From the NCBI GenBank assembly GCA_002401485.1, contig NVTF01000002.1, forward strand, positions 4,299-68,298: a stretch of 64,000 bases of DNA, read 5' to 3'. Each line of letters opens with the position of its first letter. Positions within the stretch are counted from its first letter, which is position 1. This document shows positions 19,067 through 28,715 of this stretch, one piece after another. The translations under genes and the position numbers were made by a program. The notes below the pieces were generated by a model. The model had not been told where the DNA came from and made no database searches. It was given only the letters and a program-made list of their open reading frames with translations. Source of the DNA: Elusimicrobiota bacterium (GTDB lineage Bacteria; Elusimicrobiota; Elusimicrobia; UBA1565).

Positions 19067-19357
19067 ATGCGTATGCCAATTTCAGACGAACTTAAGGGAC
19101 AAATCGAAGAGGCTTTTAGCTACCGCGGGCATGTGACGGTGACGTTTACCGACGGGAAGATGCTGGAAGGCTTTTTGTTTAACCGCATTTATAAGAGTGA
19201 GAAGATTCCTGACGGGGATTATATCGAGATGTACCCTAAGGACAGCGAAGAACAGAAGCGTTTTTCGTTTGATAGCCTGAAGTCGATTGAGCTGACCGGA
19301 AAAGACGCGGCGGAGTCTTATGGCGACTTCATCAAGCGTACCGGCGGCCGGTCCTAG
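19067..19357 (+). CDS. Small hypothetical protein
   Basis: Coding-like segment MRMPISDELKGQIEEAFSYRGHVTVTFTDGKMLEGF.... The ORF table starts it at 18968, but that N-terminal extension spans the hairpin above, so a start at 19067 or 19073 is preferred. Confidence 0.45.
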   Translation: MRMPISDELKGQIEEAFSYRGHVTVTFTDGKMLEGFLFNRIYKSEKIPDGDYIEMYPKDSEEQKRFSFDSLKSIELTGKDAAESYGDFIKRTGGRS

Positions 19358-19451
19358 TCCAAAAAGTCCTTTCGGCATAGGCCTCTTTCCAGCTTTTAAG
19401 GTCCCCTGATGGCCCTATAATGGACCGCCCATATCAGGATACAGTTCATCA

Positions 19452-22400
19452 GTGACAAAGGTCCTCTCGATTTGTCTTTCGGCCGCCTTGTTGTTCGCCC
19501 CAGCTCCTGCTGCGGCCAAGGTGCTGCGTTCGGCTCCCAGCAATGCCCCGACGTCATACGTGATTGGAGGAATGCCGGGGACCCTGTCGCATTCAAACAG
19601 CCTCCCCAGCCAACTCTTTCCTTTAGGAAGCACACTCACCGGGACGCTACCGACACTCTCGGTCCTTCCTACGCTAACCCCTCAGTCCAAGGTTGGAGTC
19701 CAAGCAATCGCGCCGGTTCTGAAGGCTGCTCCCAATCTCATCCGACACCAAGCCGCAGCCAAACGCCCGCCGACCACGCTCGAAACAGTTCAGACCTTCA
19801 CTAAGGAAGCCGCACCGCAAAAGAAGGGCGCCGCCGCCGCGAGTCTGCATCTCTTTGACGGACTCCAGACGAGGGTCGGTTCCCCAGTTGGCCTAGCGGT
19901 CAACGCGGCGGATGCCGCCCAAACTCCTTCACGTCCGATCTTCCACGTACCGGTGCACTCGTTTACTCTCGACAACGGACTTCAGGTCGTCGTTCAGCCC
20001 GATCACTCCAATCCGGTGGTGGCCGCAGCCGTCACCTACAAGGTTGGTTCCCGCAATGAAACGAAAGGCCTCTCCGGGTTAGCGCATTTCTTCGAACATT
20101 TGATGTTTGAGGGAACGTCGAACATGAAGCCCAACGAACTTTCAAATTTGATTTCCAACTACGGCGGCAATGACAACGCCCATACGATGGAAAACAACAC
20201 GGCCTATCATGAGATTTTTCCGAAGTCGCTGCTGAGGACCGTGCTTTGGGGGGAAGCCGACCGGATGAGAAATCTTTCTCTGACGCCGCATGTCGTGGCC
20301 AATGAAAAGAGCGTCGTCATTCAAGAGATGGGCCAAAGCGTCGAAAATCAAGCCTACGCCAAGGGCCACGTCGAGGGATTTCCGAGCCTCGCTTACGAAA
20401 AATGGATTAACCAGCATCGGGTGCTTGGTTCCCGTGAAGACGTTCGCGACGCGAGCCTTGAAGAAATCGAAGCGTTTTACAAGGCTCACTACGCGCCCAA
20501 CAACGCTGTCTTAACGCTGGTCGGCGACGTGACCCTCGCGGAAGCCAAAGAATTAGCCCAAGAATATTTCGGCGATGTGCCGCGGCGCAACGTCGCCCCC
20601 GCCCCCGACGTCTCAGAAGGTCCGATCGAAGGCGTTCGCAGGGCTGTTTTTGAAGACCCGCTGGTAACAACTCCTCTGACCATGGTCGGCTGGCGTCTGC
20701 CCCCCATCGGAACGCGGGATTACTGGGCGCTTAGCCTGTTGTCGCGAATTCTCTCCGGGGACGCGGGGAGTGTTCTCTATCAGAAACTCGTGAAGGAAAT
20801 GAAAATGGTCTTGGCGCTTGGCATGGCCGCGCCGCATTCCAACTTCTCCCATTTCGACGCGTCCGGACCACATCTATTTTCCGCCCTCTTCCAGCCGAAA
20901 GGAGACACCACTGTCGACTCAATCATCGAAGTAATCGACCGGGTACTTGCCGAATTCGCGAAAACCGGCCCGACCGAAAAGCAGCTGGCGGGAGCCAAGA
21001 CCTTCGCAGAAGTTCTCTGGATCGATGCGTTTGAGGATATGCGGGACCGTGCAGTCAATCTCGGATCCTACGCCGCCCTGATCCGCAACCCAGCCAATCT
21101 TCGCCACGATTTGCGCCGCATGTTGTCGATTAAGCCCGACGACGTCCGCCGGGCGATCAAGAAGTGGCTGCTCGGCACCGGTCGCGCCATCGCCGAAATT
21201 GTCCCAACGGATAAACCGCGCCAGGAACTCGCCTCTCAGGAGACAGAGGGCAATCATCCGGCGCAACCGGAATTTAATCCAACCTCGCGTCCGCCGCAAC
21301 CGGAAGGCCCGGGTGCATTCAAGTCTCCCGAAACAGTGGAGAAAATACTTCCCAACGGACTGCGCGTTGTCATGATCAGCGACTCACGCATGCCGACAGC
21401 GGAATTCAAACTTCGTTTTCCCGCAGGCACAAGCAACAGTGCTGCGAAATCGATTGCTGAAATCGTAGCCTTACCTGAGTTGGTGACCAAAGGCACGCGC
21501 ATGTTCAACGACTCCTCAATCGCAACAAAGTCCCGCGGGCTCGGCTGGAGCTTGAGAGCGGAAGGATTTGCAGAATCAACAGTCGTGCAAGGCGGCGGAC
21601 TTTCCCGGAATCTCCCCGAATTCCTCGAACTCTTATCCGAAGTGATTCAAGGCGCTTCCTACCCGGCGGATCAAATCAGCCTCTGGCAGGACGAGCAACT
21701 GGAAGAATTGATAGGCCGCAGGAAAGACATCGAGGCCCTGTCGGAAGATGTATGGCTCGACGAAATCTTCGGTGATCACGCCTACGCCCTGCGGGAGCCC
21801 AATGAAGAACAAACGATGGGCCTGACGCAGTACCGGTTGCGGCGGCTGCACGATTGGGTCTTTCGTCCCGATGGAGCGGTTCTGACCTTGGTCGGCGACT
21901 TCGATCCCGAAGAGATGGCCGGCATCATTGAGAAAAAATTCGCGGGCTGGAAAGGGCGCATGAGGGACGAAACCGTCGCGCCCGTAAACGACACAGGACC
22001 CAGCAGCATCGCCTTGGTCGACCTTCCCGGTGCGACCCAAGCCTCAATCGCCCTCGGAAAAACCATGGACATCGGCCCCAAACATAAAGACTGGGCGGCC
22101 TTCCACCTCATGAATCAAATCCTCGGCAACGACACGGGACGATTGCAAAACAACCTTCGCCGCGACCACGGCTATACCTATGGGGCCTACTCCCGCTTAT
22201 TTAATTTCAAGAAAGCGACGGCCTTTCAGGCAACGGCACAAACAGCCAACGCCGTTACCGGTGCGGCGATTACCGAGATGTTTAATGAGATTAACCGCCT
22301 GCGCGACGAAGAAGTGCCCGTTGAATTGCTGGAAGCGGCGAAACGTTTCTTAATCGGGCAGCAGCAGATCGCGCTCACCAAGCTGCACGGCATCGTCATA

Positions 22401-22619
22401 AATCTAGACAGCGTGACCTATCAAGGGCATGACTTTAAAGATCATATCGACGGCTTCATCGAACGAATCGAAAATATCACGCCCGCAGACATAAAAGCGA
22501 TGGCGAAAAAATATCTCAATCCGGCATCAATGAAGGTGACGGTCGTGGGAGACCGCGAAGCGCTGCAAGAAGATCTTCAATCCTTAGGACGCCCATTCCG
22601 GGTCGTCGAGCAGCACTAA
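19452..22619 (+). CDS. Secreted tandem M16 (pitrilysin/insulinase-like) zinc peptidase with the shared N-terminal module
   Basis: 1055 aa from a GTG start, with a signal peptide and a module ending LFDGLQTRVGSPVGLAVNAADAAQTPSRP. The first M16 unit carries the inverted zinc motif HFFEHLMFEG; a second inactive-type M16 unit follows (two M16 units is the usual PqqL-like arrangement). Confidence 0.88.
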   Translation: MTKVLSICLSAALLFAPAPAAAKVLRSAPSNAPTSYVIGGMPGTLSHSNSLPSQLFPLGSTLTGTLPTLSVLPTLTPQSKVGVQAIAPVLKAAPNLIRHQAAAKRPPTTLETVQTFTKEAAPQKKGAAAASLHLFDGLQTRVGSPVGLAVNAADAAQTPSRPIFHVPVHSFTLDNGLQVVVQPDHSNPVVAAAVTYKVGSRNETKGLSGLAHFFEHLMFEGTSNMKPNELSNLISNYGGNDNAHTMENNTAYHEIFPKSLLRTVLWGEADRMRNLSLTPHVVANEKSVVIQEMGQSVENQAYAKGHVEGFPSLAYEKWINQHRVLGSREDVRDASLEEIEAFYKAHYAPNNAVLTLVGDVTLAEAKELAQEYFGDVPRRNVAPAPDVSEGPIEGVRRAVFEDPLVTTPLTMVGWRLPPIGTRDYWALSLLSRILSGDAGSVLYQKLVKEMKMVLALGMAAPHSNFSHFDASGPHLFSALFQPKGDTTVDSIIEVIDRVLAEFAKTGPTEKQLAGAKTFAEVLWIDAFEDMRDRAVNLGSYAALIRNPANLRHDLRRMLSIKPDDVRRAIKKWLLGTGRAIAEIVPTDKPRQELASQETEGNHPAQPEFNPTSRPPQPEGPGAFKSPETVEKILPNGLRVVMISDSRMPTAEFKLRFPAGTSNSAAKSIAEIVALPELVTKGTRMFNDSSIATKSRGLGWSLRAEGFAESTVVQGGGLSRNLPEFLELLSEVIQGASYPADQISLWQDEQLEELIGRRKDIEALSEDVWLDEIFGDHAYALREPNEEQTMGLTQYRLRRLHDWVFRPDGAVLTLVGDFDPEEMAGIIEKKFAGWKGRMRDETVAPVNDTGPSSIALVDLPGATQASIALGKTMDIGPKHKDWAAFHLMNQILGNDTGRLQNNLRRDHGYTYGAYSRLFNFKKATAFQATAQTANAVTGAAITEMFNEINRLRDEEVPVELLEAAKRFLIGQQQIALTKLHGIVINLDSVTYQGHDFKDHIDGFIERIENITPADIKAMAKKYLNPASMKVTVVGDREALQEDLQSLGRPFRVVEQH

Positions 22620-23437
22620 TAGAGCCGTTCCTGCCCGCCGAGCATGCGGATTTTGTCCGCGATCAAGGCTATTCGTGAAAACGCGAGTCTGAGTTCGTCT
22701 TCCTCAAGAAGGCGATTTGAAATAAGACGCACCTCCGCGCCGCTCGCATGCAGCACGATTTCACGTTCGCCCCCGCGCAATTCAAACAGTTCGGAGATGC
22801 GCGCAACCATGGCGATGTCGAGAACGCCAAATACATAGTCGGCCGGAATCGCCTTAAAAATCAGATTCGCCGGCTGCCCTTCCAAACCGGTGAGCGCCGA
22901 TTGATCGGTGAGGGTTGTTCGAAATTTTTTGTCGCAGTCTTCATGGTGAATAAACAGAACACCGGAAATAAAGGGGGCCACTTGAGCCGAGAGAAGAACC
23001 TGGTATTCGTCTTCGTTTTCTCCAACGAACTTGAGGGAGAGCTCAATGGGCTTTTGCTCTGCAGCGCCGGGCGCTCCTCCCATTTTGGGAGACTCCCGCC
23101 ACAGCCCCATCAGTCCTTTGGGAAGAGTCCTCATCTTCTGGAATCCGATCTCATGACCCTCCACCTCGATGGTGGTTAAAGAAGCGACCGCCTTCTCCTG
23201 TCGCTGCCGTACATCGCGATGCAGGAAATAAAGCGCGGCGAGAAATGCCGGAATGGTGATGATCGATGGAAGATAGAAGGTATAACCGATGCCGGCGCAC
23301 AGAATCGCAACCGCCCCGGGCACCGCCCATGAACGCATTTCAGCATCGCCGAATCGGCGAAGCCCAAAACCCACCGCCGCAGCACCTATAACAGTTGATG
23401 TCAGCAGAACAACGGGACTTTGAGCATCAAGAGTCAT
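22616..23437 (-). CDS. Hypothetical membrane protein (last gene of the hutI operon)
   Basis: 273 aa with N-terminal TM helices; its start overlaps the stop of the upstream cyclodeaminase. Confidence 0.55.
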   Translation of the reverse strand: MTLDAQSPVVLLTSTVIGAAAVGFGLRRFGDAEMRSWAVPGAVAILCAGIGYTFYLPSIITIPAFLAALYFLHRDVRQRQEKAVASLTTIEVEGHEIGFQKMRTLPKGLMGLWRESPKMGGAPGAAEQKPIELSLKFVGENEDEYQVLLSAQVAPFISGVLFIHHEDCDKKFRTTLTDQSALTGLEGQPANLIFKAIPADYVFGVLDIAMVARISELFELRGGEREIVLHASGAEVRLISNRLLEEDELRLAFSRIALIADKIRMLGGQERLY

Positions 23438-24021
23438 CGCGCCGTCAGTTCGCGGCGAATATCTTCAGCGAGATCGCGCAAGCGTTTCGCCTCTTTTTCG
23501 TCCTTAAGCGACGCTGCGTTGATCTCGACATTTTCAAGAGCGCACAACCCCGCCGCACGCACTAAATGGATTGCGCAATTAACATCCGACGTGACCGTTC
23601 CAATGGTCTGAGTCTCGACGTCTGCGAGCTTTTCAAGGATCTCGGCGGCCTTATCAGCCGTCTCAAGAGGCACCTCACCCGCATGAACAAGCGCGGCGTG
23701 CAGCTTGGCCGGACGTTTGGGATCGTCCTTGGGAAGAGCATACACATCCATAAACGCGTCAAAGGCGGCGGCGTCTTCCGCGGTCAGGCGTTCAAATTCA
23801 AGTTGCTCTTTCTTAAAATCGTCCAGCGCCCAAGAAAGCGCTTCACGGCGCCCGTCGTCCATTTTTTTGGATTTGGATTTTGCGCTGATGCCGGCGGCCA
23901 TGCGCGCCAGGGCGCAGGCAATCACACCCGCCACACCGGCGGCAGAACCACCCCCCGGCGTTGCGTCGGTATTTGAAAATGCTTCCCCAAGTATGGATGC
24001 GGCTTTTTTCCAATCACTCAT
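23434..24021 (-). CDS. Formiminotetrahydrofolate cyclodeaminase / methenyl-THF cyclohydrolase family protein (FTCD C-terminal-like)
   Basis: 195 aa; the GGGSAAGVAGVIACALARM motif and all-helical composition match the cyclodeaminase/cyclohydrolase family. Confidence 0.7.
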   Translation of the reverse strand: MSDWKKAASILGEAFSNTDATPGGGSAAGVAGVIACALARMAAGISAKSKSKKMDDGRREALSWALDDFKKEQLEFERLTAEDAAAFDAFMDVYALPKDDPKRPAKLHAALVHAGEVPLETADKAAEILEKLADVETQTIGTVTSDVNCAIHLVRAAGLCALENVEINAASLKDEKEAKRLRDLAEDIRRELTAR

Positions 24022-25313
24022 GGCTTTAAAATTAACGTCCTCGTTTGAGTATATTCCTGCATCGCCCAGCGCACGCCTTCCCGACCGGTGCCGGATTCCT
24101 TATTGCCGCCGTACGGCATAAGATCCGATCGGTAGGTCGGAACGTCGTTCACCATAAGGCCGCCCACGTCCAACTGCTCCCACGCCCCCAACACCCGCTC
24201 AATATCCCGGGTAAATATTCCCGCCTGCAGGCCGTAACGGCTTTTCGAAATTTCCAACAAGCCATGTTCGATCCCTGGAATTTTCTCCAGGGTCGCGACG
24301 GGCCCGAACACTTCTTCGCAAATCAATTTGCTGTCAGCCGGGGCCATTTCCACAACCGTCGGTCCGATCACACTCCCGTCGCGAGTCCCCCCGCACAAGA
24401 CCGACGCGCCAGCGGCCTTCGCTTCATCGATCCACTGCTCAACACGGATGGCCGCCGCTTCATTAATCATCGGACCGAGATCGGTTTTTTCATCGGCGGG
24501 CTCCCCGACAACCAGCTCCGCGACGTTTTCAAGGAGTAATTTCTTGAATTCCTCATACACCGGTTCTGCCGCTAAAATCCGCTGCGTCGAAATGCAGATC
24601 TGCCCCGAATACACAAACGCACCCGCTGCGCACCGCGCGGCTGCCAACGGGAGATCGGCGTCCTCAGCAATAATCACGCTCGCGTTGCCGCCCAACTCAA
24701 GCACGACATGGCGGCGGGGATTTAAGGCTTTTAATTTCCAGCCGACGTCGGCGCTTCCGGTAAACGACAAAACGGCGAAACGATCGTCCATAACGAGAGT
24801 TTCGGCTTCTTGGTTCGAACATACATGCACGGCAAAACCCTCTTCGGGCCAACCCGCCTCTTTGATGATGTCCCCTAACCGCTTCGCCGTTTTCGGCGCC
24901 TGCGGCGCAGGTTTGAGCACGAAGGGCGCGCCCACCGCCATCGCGGGAGCGATTTTGTGCACAGCCAAATTAAGCGGGAAATTGAAGGGCGTAATGAAGA
25001 GACAGGCACCCCTCGGAAACCGGCGCACCAGCGCCATGCGTCCCTCTCCCCCGGCGTCAACATCAAGCGGCATCCACTCACCGCCAAACCGCTCCGCTTC
25101 CCCCGCCGCCCACTGAAAGTTAAAAACGGCCCGCTCGACTTCCCCCCGCGCGGCCTTCAGAGGTTTTCCGACCTCCTCTACAATCAAGGAAGCGAAAGCC
25201 TCACGCTGCTTTCCAATGGCATCAGAAACGGCACGCAGAATGCGCGCCCGTTCATGCACGGGCATCGCCGCGAGACGCGGACCCGACGCTAAAGTTCGAT
25301 CCAACGCATCCAT
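24018..25313 (-). CDS. NAD(P)-dependent aldehyde dehydrogenase
   Basis: 431 aa with ALDH motifs FTGSADVGWKL, VLELGGN and the catalytic Cys region GQICIS. Confidence 0.88.
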   Translation of the reverse strand: MDALDRTLASGPRLAAMPVHERARILRAVSDAIGKQREAFASLIVEEVGKPLKAARGEVERAVFNFQWAAGEAERFGGEWMPLDVDAGGEGRMALVRRFPRGACLFITPFNFPLNLAVHKIAPAMAVGAPFVLKPAPQAPKTAKRLGDIIKEAGWPEEGFAVHVCSNQEAETLVMDDRFAVLSFTGSADVGWKLKALNPRRHVVLELGGNASVIIAEDADLPLAAARCAAGAFVYSGQICISTQRILAAEPVYEEFKKLLLENVAELVVGEPADEKTDLGPMINEAAAIRVEQWIDEAKAAGASVLCGGTRDGSVIGPTVVEMAPADSKLICEEVFGPVATLEKIPGIEHGLLEISKSRYGLQAGIFTRDIERVLGAWEQLDVGGLMVNDVPTYRSDLMPYGGNKESGTGREGVRWAMQEYTQTRTLILKP

Positions 25314-25990
25314 TGTTTGATATTCCTAAAATCCTTGGTGAGATGATCGGGGCCGGCGGCGGCCAGGTCCTTCCACGGCGACCAACCGGTGCCCACCGCT
25401 ATTGTTCGATATCCGGCACGTTTGCCCGCACTCACATCAAGCGGAGTATCCCCGATGATCCAAACATTGCGGCGGAAAATTCGTTTTCCCCCGATTTTTT
25501 TACGAGCGCGCGCAACGCCGCAGCGCAGAAGGTTGGGTCTATAATAAGAATCGGAACCATACCCCCCGAAATCGAAATAGCCGGATAGTCCGGATGGAAG
25601 AAGTTTGATCCAAGCCCCCTTTTCAAGATTCCCCGTGCCAAGACCGAGCAGCACATCCTCCTGCTTAGACAATCGTTCCAATAAAGGTCGAATCCCCGGA
25701 GTTGTTTTGTATGTTTTCCGGCGAAGCGAAATGCGCACCTGTTTGGGCAATTCCTTCAAATATTCCCGATGAACAGCCGCAATCTGACGCGGCGTCGCGC
25801 GCCGCTTGGTTACCGCCGTGATTGCTTCGGAAAAATTCCTCAAATCCGTCTTTCCTTGAAAATTGAGAAGCTTGCATACACCGGCGACTCCATGACGACG
25901 CTCGACGGCTTTGTCGAGTGCACGTCCTCCCGCCCCCCCTGCTCGGACCAGGGTTCCATCAAGATCAAACAAGAGAACCTTCATGCTCAT
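25289..25990 (-). CDS. HAD-superfamily hydrolase (phosphatase)
   Basis: LLFDLDGTLV (motif I), a motif II Thr, and IIGDTPLDVSAG (motif IV). Confidence 0.8.
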   Translation of the reverse strand: MSMKVLLFDLDGTLVRAGGAGGRALDKAVERRHGVAGVCKLLNFQGKTDLRNFSEAITAVTKRRATPRQIAAVHREYLKELPKQVRISLRRKTYKTTPGIRPLLERLSKQEDVLLGLGTGNLEKGAWIKLLPSGLSGYFDFGGYGSDSYYRPNLLRCGVARARKKIGGKRIFRRNVWIIGDTPLDVSAGKRAGYRTIAVGTGWSPWKDLAAAGPDHLTKDFRNIKQWMRWIEL

Positions 25991-27285
25991 AAAAGTTTTC
26001 CCTTCTTAAAGACCTTCGAGACGATATTTGATCCGAACCAATACGCCAGCTCACGGTAATCGCTGCAGTCGAGAATGATCACATCAGCCTGCTTTCCTTT
26101 TTCAAGCGAGCCGTGCGTCTTGCCTAGACCCAAAGCGTGCGCCCCGTTGATCGTTGAGGCAATAATCGCCTCCTCCACGGTCATGCCCATTTGCGTGGTC
26201 GCTATCGAAATTACTTCCTGCATATTCCAACAGGGACAGGTTCCCGGGTTAAAATCAGTGGCCAAAGCGACCGGAACGCCGGCGTCTATGATCTTTCGCG
26301 CGTCGGGATAGTCTCGATGGCCTAGAAAATGATTCGATCCAGGAACCAAGGCAGCGATCACACCGGCCTCCCGCAACTTCACGAGATCAACTGCATCCGC
26401 GTGGTCGAGATGATCCGCCGACGCGGCCTTTAGCTCCGCGGCAAGGGAGGCCCCGCGGGAACGCGTAAGCTGCTCCGCATGAATCCGGACGCCCAAACCG
26501 GCGTCCGCGCCGGCTTTTAGAAATTTACGGCATTCAAATTGCGAGAAAAAACCCTTTTCGCAAAAGGCGTCGACAAATTTAGCGAGCCCCTCCTGAACAA
26601 CAACAGGGAGAACATCCTTAATAAGCATGTCCACATATTCCCCGGGACGACCTTGATACTCGGGCGGAATGGCATGAGCACCCAGAAAGGTTGGGACGAA
26701 TTCGAGAGGAGAACCCGCAGCGACGTGTTTGATCGCACGTAAAGCCTTGAGCTCGGAATCTTTATCAAGCCCATATCCCGTCTTCGCTTCGATGGTTGTT
26801 GTGCCGCATTCAGTGAATCGAGAGCTCTGATCCAGCAGGCGCTGGGTTAATTCTGATTCAGTCGCCCCACGGGTCGACCGTATACTCGATACGATGCCCC
26901 CGCCCTGAGCCGCGATCTCCTGATAGGACTTTCCCGAGGTCCGCAGTCCGAAATCCTTCAGCCGCGCTTCGCCGAATACGGGATGGGTGTGGCAATCGAC
27001 AAATCCGGGCATGACGATGCGCCCGCCCGCATCATGAATTTGCCCTTTTTTCACCTCGGGATCACGCAAAACGGTGTCGGCGAGCCCCACTAATTGAATG
27101 AGCCCTTTATCCATGAACACGGCTCCATTGCGGATAAGGCCGACGGAGCGCATCCCCCCTTTCGTGCGGGGTTCATGATCCCCGGCGAGAGTCAAAAGCG
27201 TCGCATTCGTGATGAGCTGCTTCATAATCAAGGCGATTCTACTAATTCCGCTCCTCTCGATTTGATATGCTAGCGGAGGGGCCAA
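25987..27285 (-). CDS. hutI: Imidazolonepropionase (amidohydrolase)
   Basis: VDCHTHPVF metal site, TTIEAKTGYGL, GAHAIPPEYQ and ATDFNPG blocks match HutI closely (B. subtilis HutI has GAHAIPPEYQ and ATDFNPG identical). The real start is probably the ATG at 27225 (MKQLITNATLL). Confidence 0.85.
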   Translation of the reverse strand: MAPPLAYQIERSGISRIALIMKQLITNATLLTLAGDHEPRTKGGMRSVGLIRNGAVFMDKGLIQLVGLADTVLRDPEVKKGQIHDAGGRIVMPGFVDCHTHPVFGEARLKDFGLRTSGKSYQEIAAQGGGIVSSIRSTRGATESELTQRLLDQSSRFTECGTTTIEAKTGYGLDKDSELKALRAIKHVAAGSPLEFVPTFLGAHAIPPEYQGRPGEYVDMLIKDVLPVVVQEGLAKFVDAFCEKGFFSQFECRKFLKAGADAGLGVRIHAEQLTRSRGASLAAELKAASADHLDHADAVDLVKLREAGVIAALVPGSNHFLGHRDYPDARKIIDAGVPVALATDFNPGTCPCWNMQEVISIATTQMGMTVEEAIIASTINGAHALGLGKTHGSLEKGKQADVIILDCSDYRELAYWFGSNIVSKVFKKGKLL

Positions 27286-27349
27286 AGGACCTATATCAGG
27301 ACCACCCCCTTGGCCCTACAACGGACCTTCCGGAGCACCTAAACTATTA

Positions 27350-28627
27350 GTGATGACGCACGAACCGCATAAACTCTCGATCCTTATCATCGATGATGAA
27401 CCCGGTGATGCGGAGCTGCACGCACGGATAATTGCCGCAGCGGGCTACCACGTCGAAACAGCCGAGACGCTGTACCAAGCGCGGGCTAAAATAGCCGATC
27501 ACAGCTTTGCCGTTCTTCTAGTGGATTTGCGCCTCCCGGATGGAGATGGACTTCAGCTTCTCGAGCCGGCTCGCGCCAACGACCCCCATACAGTTGCCGT
27601 CGTAATCACCGCCTTCACCTCCGTCGAAAGTGCGGTCGCCGCCATTAAGGCCGGCGCCTACGATTTTCTGACCAAACCGACACCTTCGGAAAAACTCGTC
27701 TCAACAATTCATCGTGCCGCCGAACGGTATTATCTTGCAAAATCGCTCGCGGAACGCACCGATGAACTTAAATCCACCAACGAACACTTGGATCAACGCG
27801 TCAAAGACGCCACGGAAGAGATTTTTGAACTGAACGAGCGACTTCGCCGGTACGTCGGTCAACTCGTGGAAACCAACAATCATCAGACCCACTACCTTGA
27901 GGACATGGCACACGAACTTAAAAATCCTTTGGCTGTTGTCATGGGATATGCCAGTTACCTCACGTCCTCTCCCATCGAAACTTTCGAGAAGCGTGAAATC
28001 GAAAAATGCCTGGATGCCGTGCAAGAGAATTCAAAACACCTGCACGCGCTCATTGAAGAACTACTCGATTCAACACGCTTGGCCAGCCGCAAAATCACGA
28101 TTAAACCCATCAGACTCTCAGGGGCCAAAGCCCTTACGGATGCGGTTCACGGGATGCGTTTTAAAGCGGAGGAGCGGGGAATAACCATTACTCTGAATCT
28201 GCCCGCCGGCGACAAACTCACGATGGCCGCTGACCCCAACCGACTCAAACAAATTATCAACAACCTTATTACCAACGCGGTTAAATTCACTCCGTCCGGC
28301 GGGACCATTGCGGTTTCAGGACGCCTCCGTGGGAAGAAGATCGAAGTTACCGTTTCCGACACCGGCTGCGGCATGAGCGAGAATCAGGTCGAACGTATTT
28401 TCGATCGCTTCTATCAAGTTTTCGGCCCCAAAAACGGCTCCAATCGAGGGCTCGGTCTTGGACTCAATATTGTGCAGGGTCTCGTTAAACTGCACGGCGG
28501 CCGCATCTGGGCTCAGAGTGAAGAGGGCCGCGGTTCGAAGTTTTACTTCACGATGCCGACATCCTTGTCGGGCATCCCGTCCGGCTCAGTAGAATACGAA
28601 GACGTTCCCGCCCCCATCCAAAACTAA
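27350..28627 (+). CDS. Hybrid receiver-histidine kinase (N-terminal REC + HisKA + HATPase_c)
   Basis: N-terminal receiver (ILIIDDEPGD..., LLVDLRLPDGDG, ITAFTS), an H-box (ed: MAHELKNPLAV), then N, G1 (SDTGCGM) and G2 (GLGLGL) boxes. Confidence 0.85.
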   Translation: MMTHEPHKLSILIIDDEPGDAELHARIIAAAGYHVETAETLYQARAKIADHSFAVLLVDLRLPDGDGLQLLEPARANDPHTVAVVITAFTSVESAVAAIKAGAYDFLTKPTPSEKLVSTIHRAAERYYLAKSLAERTDELKSTNEHLDQRVKDATEEIFELNERLRRYVGQLVETNNHQTHYLEDMAHELKNPLAVVMGYASYLTSSPIETFEKREIEKCLDAVQENSKHLHALIEELLDSTRLASRKITIKPIRLSGAKALTDAVHGMRFKAEERGITITLNLPAGDKLTMAADPNRLKQIINNLITNAVKFTPSGGTIAVSGRLRGKKIEVTVSDTGCGMSENQVERIFDRFYQVFGPKNGSNRGLGLGLNIVQGLVKLHGGRIWAQSEEGRGSKFYFTMPTSLSGIPSGSVEYEDVPAPIQN

Positions 28628-28715
28628 GTCCCGCGAGGCCCAAATCTGCATGGGCCTAAAGAATCCTTACATCTACCTCAACGACCTATACGTGCCCGAT
28701 TGACAATTCGATACC

